Shown: positions 1 through 6,942 of the stretch, piece by piece | Layout of the letters: every line of letters begins with the position of its first letter | How positions within the stretch are numbered: position 1 is the stretch's first letter | Assembly: GCA_051294375.1 (NCBI GenBank) | Contig: JBJCIZ010001635.1 | Span: 1-6,942 of the forward strand | DNA length: 6,942 nucleotides | Reading direction: 5' to 3' | Source of the DNA: Paraspadella gotoi | Lineage: Eukaryota > Animalia > Chaetognatha | Notes under the pieces: generated by a model | Seen by the model: the letters and a program-made list of their open reading frames with translations, nothing else | Told to the model about the DNA's origin: nothing | Database searches by the model: none | Made by a program: the position numbers and the translations under genes

Positions 1-1461
1 CGAGCCAATTCAAGTCACGCAAACCTAATTTTAACATCGATGTGACAGAGAGATTTTCCCTCGATGACTCTCGTAACGTCGACTCTGTATTTTTCTTAGA
101 TTTATTTTTCCTTTTTTTATTATTACCTGCTTCCTTCTCTCTCTCCTTTGCGTAGGCATTCCTAGTTTTCTCTCGAGTTATGACTTATTTTTCACCACAT
201 TAGTAAAATAATTAATATAATTATTTTGATAGCAATTTTTCAGAGAGGTTTTACTACTTGTACTGTATATAGAAATTATGCAACGGGGGTTCAGGGTTAT
301 TTCCGATGAATCTATTGAAAGGAGGTCATTTATGAATTTTAATTCCTTCACTTAAATGTAGTTTCTTCACGTAGATTCAAAAATTGGGCAAGGGATTACC
401 TATCTTATTAGTACTAAATATAGTTCTCATTTAATCATAAAATAGCGGAAGGTGTATCGAATAGAAGATTAGATTAGCAAAATCTTTTTTTTCATTATCT
501 AGCTCGTCTACTATTGGTGTGGCTTCATCGAAGGATTATATTACCATAGGGGAATCGTCGTCGAAATCGTCATCTCATCATCGTCGTCGGTCATCGTCGT
601 CGTCGTTCTGCGTCGTGTCGTCAGCCAACCATAGATAATTCAACGACGTTCTCAAATATCATTTCGAACTCCGTTTCCAATCAGTGAGAGAGAGAATAGA
701 GACGAGAGCAGTGAGATAAGACTAGATCATTAAGAGTAGATTTCCGAGAGATGGAGACGTCGAAGAATGAAGAGATGATGAAGAAGAGAAGTGTGAGAAA
801 GTAGATAGGAGATTAGCCAGTTAAATGGTAAATCTGTGTGGCTCTTCGGGTGTTAAAATTACGCCGTCGTTTTATCCTCGAAGGGTTTTGATATGAAAGT
901 GGAAAGGGGACCTTCTGAACTAAGAAGCCTTTTGGAACGAGAGATCAAAAACGAGACCCCAAAAGCTTCCATAACGAAAATGGTTTTACCCTCGCTCCCC
1001 TCCCCCAGCTCTCCCCCCCGCCGCCCCCCTCTCATCGGTCATTAATTTTATAAAGGATTATCAATTTTCTCATTTTTCGTTTCTCTTTTGAAAATCCCTT
1101 TTTATCCTCCTTCATATTTCCTCCCTCCGGTGACGATATTTCCGATCGATCTGTCCCGCTTCCATCTGTGTATATTTTTTGCAATTCTCGTGTCAGTTAT
1201 TTTTCAATTTGCCTCTTTCCCTTTCCTTCGTTTCCTCGTATCAAGTTCATTGCGTCTCTACAAATCCCCCCCCCGCCCCCCACCCCAACGCCTAGTCACC
1301 TTCCGCACAACTCCTAACTACGACTCTCTATTGGTACCACCAATACCGCTCGATTTTCCCGCCATTTAACTCTTGTCCCCCCTCACCACCGTCCCCACGA
1401 CTCACCGCCATTTTCTCTTTCACGCTCCAGTGATACAGAAGAAGAAAAAAAAGAATTTTAA
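1..1461 (+). CDS. PSMF1: Spliced, 5'-partial, frameshifted gene: PI31 (PSMF1)/FBXO7-type FP-domain protein with Pro-rich C-terminus
   Basis: Exon 244-324 (after ttttcag) joins exon 375 onward in phase across GT-AG intron 325-374, giving EVLLLVLYIEIMQRGFRVISDESIERRFKNWARDY. This resembles the recalled PI31 helix DALVCFLHWEVVTHGY and the downstream conserved Trp. A second intron lies at 452-502. Open frame 857-1045 (NYAVVLSSKGFDMKVERGPSELRSLLEREIKN...PSPSSPPRRPPLIG) resembles PI31 DDYI...SEELRSRIVSGII followed by a Pro-rich region. Segment 1246-1461 is Pro-rich, with NYDS/IG (2-nt slip) resembling the R(F/Y)DPxG motif. Several frameshifts are needed, exon ends after ~400 are approximate, and no F-box is visible. 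Confidence 0.55.
685..812 (+). repeat. Degenerate (GA)n purine-rich tract, probably intronic (684-820)
   Basis: Starts at the donor-like gtgagagagaga and is strongly purine-rich throughout. Confidence 0.7.
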
Positions 1462-1499
1462 TGGAGAGTTTTGATTTAAAAACCTATTAGGGGTGTTCT

Positions 1500-1505
1500 T
1501 TTATT
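1500..1505 (-). terminator. Candidate polyadenylation signal AATAAA for the RAB3GAP2-like gene
   Basis: Plus-strand tttatt at 1500-1505, about 20-30 nt past the minus-strand stops at 1525-1523 and 1539-1537. The hexamer is common in AT-rich DNA. Confidence 0.3.
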
Positions 1506-1522
1506 TTTTTTTTTCTGGGCTA

Positions 1523-2093
1523 TCATTCGTTTCGGCTCAAATTAAGATTGATTCTGACGTAAGGCGGGGAATGGAGATAAAAATGGAGGGGTCTGTGTCG
1601 TCTAGGGTCTACGCGAATGGTACACGGGTAGCTTGGAATTTGCACCAGTTTGGAGGATAAGTGGAGCGTGCTTACTAGGTGGTGTTATGCTCTAATCGGT
1701 TATAAAAAATATTACAGCAGTATGATTCTCTCACTCGATATGGGCGCGAGGGCTAAAAGTCGATCGGTGATTTTACACATGAACAGAATTTATGGATCGA
1801 CTTCGATGTTATTGAGATTTGAAGAATGGTTATTTTGGTATATTAGTAGTGAACAAGCTAAAGGAAAGCACGTAGACAGAACGTGTGTGATTGAAAAAAA
1901 CTGTTCGATAAAAAGCATTATAGACAACTCCTTAAAGAACCAAAAAAAACTTTTACAAAAATTTCATGGCCTTGGCGTTGCTATTTGGAAAATAAATTAA
2001 TTTTTATAATTCGATGAAATATACAAAAATTCATAATCTCTCTCTCTCCTCTCTTCTCTACTTCTCTCTCTCTCTCTCCTACATCTCTCTCTA

Positions 2094-2130
<37 letters not shown>

Positions 2131-2865
2131 ATCTCTCCCTTTGCTTTCGTTTTAAGGAAGAGAAGTTAACGAGCGACCGAGTATTGTAACTCAGGTCTTT
2201 GTCTTTTGTTTCCGGTATTTTTATGCGTCTCTCCCTTTCCGCGATAATATATTACTCACATTAACTATTAACTTGCAGAAAAAATACTAAATTAAAATAC
2301 ACAACCGTTTTTTAATCCAAGGTAAAAACAAAGGACGGAACTGGTCTGAACGTTGTCGCCTGGCCCCCAAAACACCTTACTCTCTCTTCCTGCTTCTCTA
2401 CGCTTTCTTGTGCGTTCTGCTCTGGCGAAAAATAGTACTGTCTCGATGCAATCATGAATAACAATTCAATCTTCTCTACTTAAAACATCTATCATATTCG
2501 TTTGTCCTGCACGCGCGATGACCGTTCTGATCTCTCTCTCTCTTCTCTCTCTGCTGTGTTCTCTCGTCCGTGCGCTTTCCCTCTTTCCCGTCCTTGTGTA
2601 GGGGGGCTCTTAATTTGTATTACATTGATTCTAGCGTTAATTTATCAGTATTATATTAATGTGTTTATTCAATCATTATCATTATTTTTGCTTAAGATCC
2701 TTTTAACTCGCAGAATCCAGGTTGTTGACAAATCCACGTGACTTTTACCCAACCCTGCCTCTTGGACCCGATGAACCCCGTTCCCATTATATTTGTATCC
2801 GCACGAGCTTTGGCCTCAGTAATCGCTTCCATATACGAAAATGTAATTTCGCCTAGCGTACGCAT
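1523..2865 (-). CDS. RAB3GAP2: Spliced, frameshifted gene resembling the N-terminal region of Rab3GAP non-catalytic subunit RAB3GAP2 (about 250 aa)
   Basis: Approximate minus-strand exons: 2865-2708, 2506-2260 (donor GTGAGT at 2259), 1980-~1902, 1857-1735 (donor GTGAGA at 1734), 1691-~1530. Peptides in order: STTWILR; DVLSRED*IVIHDCIETVLFF; SKVFWGPGDNVQTSSVLCFYLG (2381-2316, inside a 57-codon open frame 2465-2295); KLIVN|QRQGHEIFVKVF (in phase); LLIYQ..IEVDP*ILFMC..RLLA; LPVYH..LDDTD. These are collinear with recalled human RAB3GAP2 TSWLQD, LSPTNDLMVIA, VGWSG..GECVTSALCIPL, GYVRFYTENGVLLLAQ, LSILYP..VTIDGFSLF, LAYKKWGLQDID. Confidence 0.6.
2037..2137. repeat. Interrupted (CT)n microsatellite, intronic
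   Basis: Directly visible; lies in minus-strand intron 2259-1981. Confidence 0.95.
2288..2353 (+). repeat. Left arm of a dispersed inverted repeat (partner 3863-3924)
   Basis: Reverse complement of 2294-2319 is tggattaaaaaacggttgtgtatttt, which matches 3889-3915 apart from A6 versus A7. Weaker similarity continues on both sides. Confidence 0.85.
2531..2552. repeat. Short (CT)n microsatellite, intronic
   Basis: tctctctctctcttctctctct within minus-strand intron 2707-2507. Confidence 0.85.
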
Positions 2866-2867
2866 GT

Positions 2868-2880
2868 CTGTTTTAAAAAT
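2868..2880 (-). promoter_or_regulatory. Splice-acceptor-like site 2 nt before the putative start codon (candidate trans-splice site) of the RAB3GAP2-like gene
   Basis: Minus strand reads atttttaaaacag|acATG CGT ACG CTA; the ATG at 2865 opens 57 codons. It could instead be a cis acceptor of an internal or UTR intron. Confidence 0.4.
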
Positions 2881-3011
2881 CAGTCTTCGTATTTAAAATT
2901 TGCTTTTTTTCCTTTTCGTCATCAAATCGCCATCATAAACTGAAAATTTACTTAAAGTAATTAATTTAAAGAGCGTGTCGAGAGAATGTTAACGGAAGAA
3001 AAATGTTTAAT

Positions 3012-3455
3012 TCAATTTTTATTAGACACTAAAATTTCCTTCTCTAGAAATTGATTGAATTTAAACAAACAACTTTTGTCGTTTTTTTTTTCAGAAATGA
3101 AGGTCAAAAGTCCGTCAAAGTTGAAGTCACGATTACAGAAGCGTCAGGCAACATCCATTACACCTTCGGGCATTAAATGTCTCAAAACTCGCTTTGAACG
3201 AAGAAGAATTGTCCAACAAAAAACTTTTTTTGAAAAAAAAAAAATCTTAGTTTGAGGCGGCCTCAATTGGCCATTTGGCGGGAGTTACTCCAGCACAGTT
3301 GATTTTCGCATAAGCGTCTCCGTCAGTCGACCATTCTCGAGCCGCAAGTAAATTCTATTGGCGCAGTGATTGCATAATCGTGGAGCTGGATTCAATGTCC
3401 ATTCTCGAATTAATGGGATGGTGTTTTCGTCCATACTTTGCTTACTCTCTTGCGA

Positions 3456-3497
<42 letters not shown>

Positions 3498-4432
3498 CTC
3501 TCTTCTCGTGCTCTCTGCTCTCTCTCTCTCTCTCTACTCTCTCTCTTCTGTCGCTCATTAGAGAAAGGACGCCGCCCCGTGTCTTCCCTTCCCCTATCAA
3601 TAACGTTAGTCTAGCTCGAACCTGATCTCTACTTATTGTTCTAAGCTTAAAATGTTCATCATTTAAACTTACTCGTCTCCTCTCTCTCTCTCTCTCTTCT
3701 CTATCTCTAACGCGATTCATTACATCCCCCTCTCAGACGGAGGGGACCGCGGCACACACAACGTATCTTAACGTCTCTTGCGTGTGCACGATATAGTTTT
3801 TCATGATATATTTTTATTCATTTCTCTTTTCTCTACGACACGAATGTCCGGATTCCTAAGATACGTTTCGGAGACCTATCCGTCCACGTGGATTAAAAAA
3901 ACGGTTGTGTATTTTTTCTAATTTAAAATGTTATGAATTTTACAAATACAAATACAAATACTCGTCGCTCGTAAACTTTTTTTTTATATTTTTACTATGG
4001 TCTTATTCTGTTTATCTCGGTCTGAACGGGTCAATGGAAAAATCTCCCGCCAATGGAATTAATTTTTTAAAGCGTGTGAGTCTGGTTCGATGAAAATATT
4101 GTACCTTTTTAATTTCTATTGCGCCTAAACAAAAAATTCTTTGAATGCTCGCCTCACTTCGCATACAATTTAACATATAAAATTACAATGCCTGTAGCGG
4201 CGTGTTTCCTTGCGAATCCAAATTTCACTGTCGTCTATTTTCTTTCCTCATTTTCTCATTTGTAACCTTTCTAATTTGACCAATCTTCCATCGGTCAATC
4301 TTCGGAATATTAACTGTAAATCTTCCTAAAATATATTTTAATATTTAAATATTGACGCATCTCTTTGAAAGTATCTATTATGAAGTAAGTATGTAAGTTT
4401 ATTTTACTAAAACTTCTTCTTTAGAGTCTCAT
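3012..4432 (-). CDS. ANKLE1: Spliced, frameshifted gene: ANKLE1/LEM-3-like ankyrin-repeat + GIY-YIG-type domain protein (about 295-340 aa)
   Basis: Approximate exons: 4432-4408, 4325-4167, 4124-3962, 3917-3724, 3667-~3558, 3435-3289, ~3230-3144 (or to the stop at 3014-3012). Ankyrin motifs DSQGNTPLQ (4218-4192) and DPF-RDKQNKTIV (~4030-3993). Then ETYLRNPDIR, TLRYVVC, QVRARLTLLIGEGKTRGGVLSL, IESSSTIMQSLRQ*NLL..GDAYA and KKVFCWTILLRSKRVLRHLMPEGVMDV. These are collinear with recalled ANKLE1 FTYLLLDPR, IFYVGKG, KVRQILDIWASGCGVVSL, REACIVEALGIQTLTN..GHCYG and RRRLGVHLLHRALLVFLAEGERQL. Short GT-AG introns at 4166-4125 and 3961-3918. Confidence 0.6.
3018..3023 (-). terminator. Candidate polyadenylation signal AATAAA for the ANKLE1-like gene
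   Basis: Plus-strand tttatt at 3018-3023, downstream of the TGA at 3146-3144 and about 150 nt upstream of the acceptor at 2869-2868. Confidence 0.3.
3458..3549. repeat. Interrupted (CT)n microsatellite, intronic
   Basis: Directly visible; accounts for the SLSL/ERER pseudo-ORFs in the track. Confidence 0.95.
3676..3708. repeat. Short (CT)n microsatellite, intronic
   Basis: Directly visible within putative minus-strand intron 3723-3668. Confidence 0.9.
3863..3924 (-). repeat. Right arm of a dispersed inverted repeat (partner 2288-2353)
   Basis: 3889-3915 is tggattaaaaaaacggttgtgtatttt; flanking shared words are taaatta, ggacgga, ggtct and aacgt. Confidence 0.85.
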
Positions 4433-4433
4433 T

Positions 4434-4441
4434 CTAAAATT
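4434..4441 (-). promoter_or_regulatory. Splice-acceptor-like site 1 nt before the putative start codon (candidate trans-splice site) of the ANKLE1-like gene
   Basis: Minus strand reads aattttag|aATG(a)GAC TCT AAA GAA GAA GTT TTA|gtaaaa, which is in phase with the next exon (EDLQLIF) if one extra base is removed. A U-rich run lies upstream (4471-4486). Confidence 0.35.
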
Positions 4442-4511
4442 ATTCTAAATTATCTTTAAAATAATTTGGGAAAGAAAAAAAAAAAATTAGAAAGTTAATA
4501 TATGAAAGAGT

Positions 4512-4759
4512 TCACTCCGACACAACTATATGTCTCGACTTGTTTCTTTCCGTTTCAACTTTTTTTTTTTTTTTTTAATTTTGACTTTTTTTAATTTTTT
4601 TTGTCTGTATTTTTTGTTTTTTCTCTGTTTCTTTTCTTTTGTGATCCGGTGTTAATTCCGTTCTTCGCCCTATCACTCTTGCATCTCTACTTATCTTTTC
4701 CCACCTAAGTAATCCGCGTTCTCTCTCTCTCTCCCTCTCTCCTCTCCTCTCTCTCTCCT

Positions 4760-4790
<31 letters not shown>

Positions 4791-6942
4791 GCTCTCTTCT
4801 CTCTTCTCCACTTCTTGCTTGTTCCTCCTTTTTTATTTTCTTTGTTTATAGCGGAGAGCGAGAGCGAAGAGCGGATGGTGCCGGCGAATAAAGGCGACAA
4901 CCATTGTTTATTGTTCTTTTGTTTGCTTTGGGTTCACGACGTTTGAAAGGCGCCGACAAAAGAGCAACGCAGAGAGTAGAGAGAGACGAGAGCGAGAGAG
5001 AGAGAGAGAGCGGAGAGAGAGATGAGAGGGGAGAGGAGAGAGAGAGAGAGAGAGAATGAGAGAGGAGAGAGCGGGGAAAAAACGGAAAACCTTTTTCAGC
5101 TCATAATGAGGCTATCGGGAAAGAGTCCTAAGGATCGGGAGTACGAAAAACAAACAACAATTTTTATTAGCCCAAGAAAACAAATTCTTGTTCTTCTCTT
5201 GTTATTTCTTTGTTATGGAAGAATTGTTATGTATGTTGCTTTTTTTTCAATTACGGCTGAATTTAACAAACCACAATGAAACTATATAACACTGTTCATT
5301 GGAACAGCATTGAACAAAGACCTTGTAAGAAATGTAGACTCAAGAAAGCTATAAATAGCACTATATATTTGAATGTTGAATTTTTAATGATTTATCAATG
5401 AATAATTAACAAAACTAATTAAATGATGATGATGATTTTGATGATGTGATTTTTTTAAGGTTTGTTCAAATTTTAGCCAATATTTAGTCATTTATTTTTT
5501 TTTAATTTGTAAGTACTAACCTTTATCTAATTTTTAATCTCTATCAGAATCCAATTTTAAGAATTTTAAATTTTAAAACAAATTTTTAAAGCACTTTCTT
5601 ATATATTGTAAATATTAAAATGCTTCATGGACGTGAGGAAAATAATTTTAATCAAAATTTAACATCATAAGTCAATTTGGCTTGAAAAGGACAAAAGAAC
5701 TTTTATGCAGACTTTTTCATTATTGTTAAAAATGTTAAAATTCTTGGCCCCGCCTTTACTATATAGACATCTCTTCGGAAAAAATCGCTTCCCGTCCGAC
5801 ACCCAAGCACAAATAAAACTCAGAAAGGGCGCCACCAACGTCCTACGAATCTCCGTACGAACGCCTAACGAACGTGGGGTCTTCGACAGCCGTAACTACA
5901 GACCGTACGAAAATTTCCGCAATTTAGCTTGCATGCTGCGCATCGGAATTGGATATTTTTCCAGCTTCGTGTTTTTTGTTGTCGATTTTTTCCATATTTT
6001 TCGTTTTCCGCTTCTTAATTTTTATGATGCGACGAAAACACCGTTTTGGGCCGGTGGCCGAAAAAAAAATGAAAATGGTGAAAGATGAGGAGAAAAAATA
6101 AATTCATCGGGGATAAATAACAAACATTTTATCAGGTCATTTTATCGGAAAAAATAAGCGCAACATTTTTTAGCCGATGGCGGAAGGCAAATTTTGGTAT
6201 ATAGTCCAGAACATAATTTATGTACATAGTGTTATTTATATAAATATTTAATGAAGGACTAAATTTGTAACTACAGCGTTTTAAGCGAGAGACGTTGATC
6301 CTTATCGGTCGGTCAGTCTGTCTCCCAGACGAAATTTGTTTTGCCATCCGACTTGAAAGACTTGCGGCCTTCATCTGGAGTTTTCTTTTATCGTCATCCC
6401 CCAGCCCTTGACACCTAAAGCTCTTTCCACCCTCAGGGTCCGAAAGATAATGAAAAATAAATAGTTTTTATTTGACTCGACTCTTTGCTGTTTGACAACT
6501 TTAAACTAAAAATCTCCGATCGGAAATTGTTATGGGGATTTTCGTTGCTTAAGTTGATTCTCTCTCGGCCAAAACGTGGATTGCTTTTGGGTGAATGAGT
6601 CTCCACCACTTGTCTCCATTGTCTTTCTCGTCGTCGGCGTCGTCGTCGTCGTCCTCCTTTGTTGCGTCATTTGTGGCGCCCCCTTTTGCCCGCGATTTAT
6701 AAAGGAAGAGATGCTTTCAACGACGACGACAATGGCGACGACGGCCCTCGGCCTTTGAAACATTAACGACAGAATCGATGACGTCGCGTCACTGTTGACA
6801 ATAACGACAAGACAACGACGACGACGACAGCAACATTGATACCGATTGGAACAACAACTAATTCCATCAACAACGACGATGACAACGACGGCGACGACAG
6901 CAACATTGCTACCGATTGGTACAACAACCAGTTCCATCAACA
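4512..6942 (-). CDS. Spliced, probably 5'-partial, frameshifted gene: putative PZP-type (PHD-Zn knuckle-ePHD) chromatin reader of the JADE/BRPF/AF10/PHF14 group, with acidic N-terminal region and Lys-rich tail
   Basis: Minus-strand pieces in PZP order: FRCAACKL (5948-5925), TVCSYGC (~5906-5886), FICAW/CR (~5817-5797), FFCPF (~5699-5685), HVHEA (~5636-5622), QGLC/VQCCSNEQCY (5325-5286), the last resembling the ePHD consensus GACIQCx4CxxxFHxxC. Open frame 6716-6552 reads KEDDDDDADDEKDNGDKWWRLIHPKAIHVLAERES. Good donors AG|GTTAGT (5520) and AG|GTTTTC (5090). Intron 4811-4705 joins in phase (GTSKK|WEKISR). Several Zn ligands appear only after assuming slips and some are not visible. Confidence 0.45.
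4720..4809. repeat. Interrupted (CT)n microsatellite, intronic
   Basis: Fills most of minus-strand intron 4811-4705. Confidence 0.95.
4971..5071. repeat. Interrupted (GA)n microsatellite, probably intronic
   Basis: Directly visible; follows the minus-strand donor at 5090. Confidence 0.95.
6811..6942. repeat. Tandem repeat with 70-bp period, at least 1.9 copies, running off the window end
   Basis: 6811-6872 versus 6881-6942 match at 57 of 62 positions with no gaps (differences at 6821, 6839, 6850, 6859, 6861). Confidence 0.95.

Noticed and set aside
2378-2460. Plus-strand LLSLPASLRFLVRSAL as an F-box or SOCS-box start
   Set aside because: It is short and lies antisense to the better supported RAB3GAP2-like exon.
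2714-2855. Plus-strand YPTLPLG resembling VHL
   Set aside because: Isolated 7-residue match with no collinear VHL motifs; antisense to exon 1 of gene 2.
3095-3176. Plus-strand exon after ttttcag (NEGQKSVKVEVTITE...)
   Set aside because: No phase-compatible upstream exon; it overlaps the ANKLE1-like C-terminus on the other strand.
2288-3924. Transposon terminal inverted repeats or a fold-back read
   Set aside because: No transposase or evident target-site duplication, both arms sit in host-type exons, and the inverted similarity does not extend beyond about 65 nt.
4030-4115. BRCT-like reading LKRYNIFIEPDSHAL/KKLIPLAG on the minus strand
   Set aside because: It is flanked by two ankyrin motifs, so ankyrin helices explain it better.
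4720-5071. Hairpin between the (CT)n and (GA)n tracts flanking exon ~4945-4812
   Set aside because: Complementarity is a trivial result of dinucleotide repeats and nothing here indicates function.
3370-5279. ORF-track entries rich in SLSL or ERER (3370-3561, 3380-3625, 3442-3720, 4575-4811, 4691-4900, 5022-5279) as standalone proteins
   Set aside because: They are translations of CT/GA microsatellites. Only parts of the three minus-strand ones coincide with inferred exons.
1650-6088. Plus-strand ORFs 1650-2000, 2502-2741, 3055-3255, 3905-4093 and 5705-6088
   Set aside because: No recognisable motifs, most start at TTG, and they are antisense shadows of minus-strand genes.
6576-6942. Plus-strand secreted mucin-like gene (hydrophobic LVVGVVVVVLLCC followed by Thr-rich repeats)
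   Set aside because: The Val run is the antisense of GAC codons in a more convincing minus-strand frame (KEDDDDDADDEK..WWRLIHP) that continues gene 4. The plus model needs several frameshifts and has no clean ATG. Not fully excluded for 6760-6942.
6811-6942. CRISPR array
   Set aside because: Copies are contiguous with no unique spacers, no cas genes are present, and the context is eukaryotic.

Overview
Eukaryotic, AT-rich, very gene-dense DNA with tiny GT-AG introns (about 42-51 nt) plus longer introns filled with (GA)n. It looks like an uncorrected long read or unpolished assembly, because every coding segment is broken by 1-2 nt slips. The supplied ORF track is therefore mostly misleading. 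Stitching exons by hand gives four strongly diverged genes: (1) + strand <1-~1461, PI31/FBXO7 FP-domain protein with a Pro-rich tail; (2) - strand ~2865-~1523, apparently only the N-terminal ~250 aa of RAB3GAP2; (3) - strand ~4432-~3012, a compact ANKLE1/LEM-3-like ankyrin + GIY-YIG protein; (4) - strand >6942-~4512, a protein with a PZP-like (PHD-Zn knuckle-PHD) Cys/His pattern. Genes 4, 3 and 2 are head-to-tail with gaps of about 80-280 nt, and genes 3 and 2 each have a splice-acceptor-like AG 1-2 nt before the ATG, suggesting a trans-spliced operon. Family calls rest on by-eye comparison with human sequences recalled from memory and need a frameshift-aware profile search. I found no prokaryotic system, CRISPR array, RNA gene or transposase, and cannot claim a new biological system.
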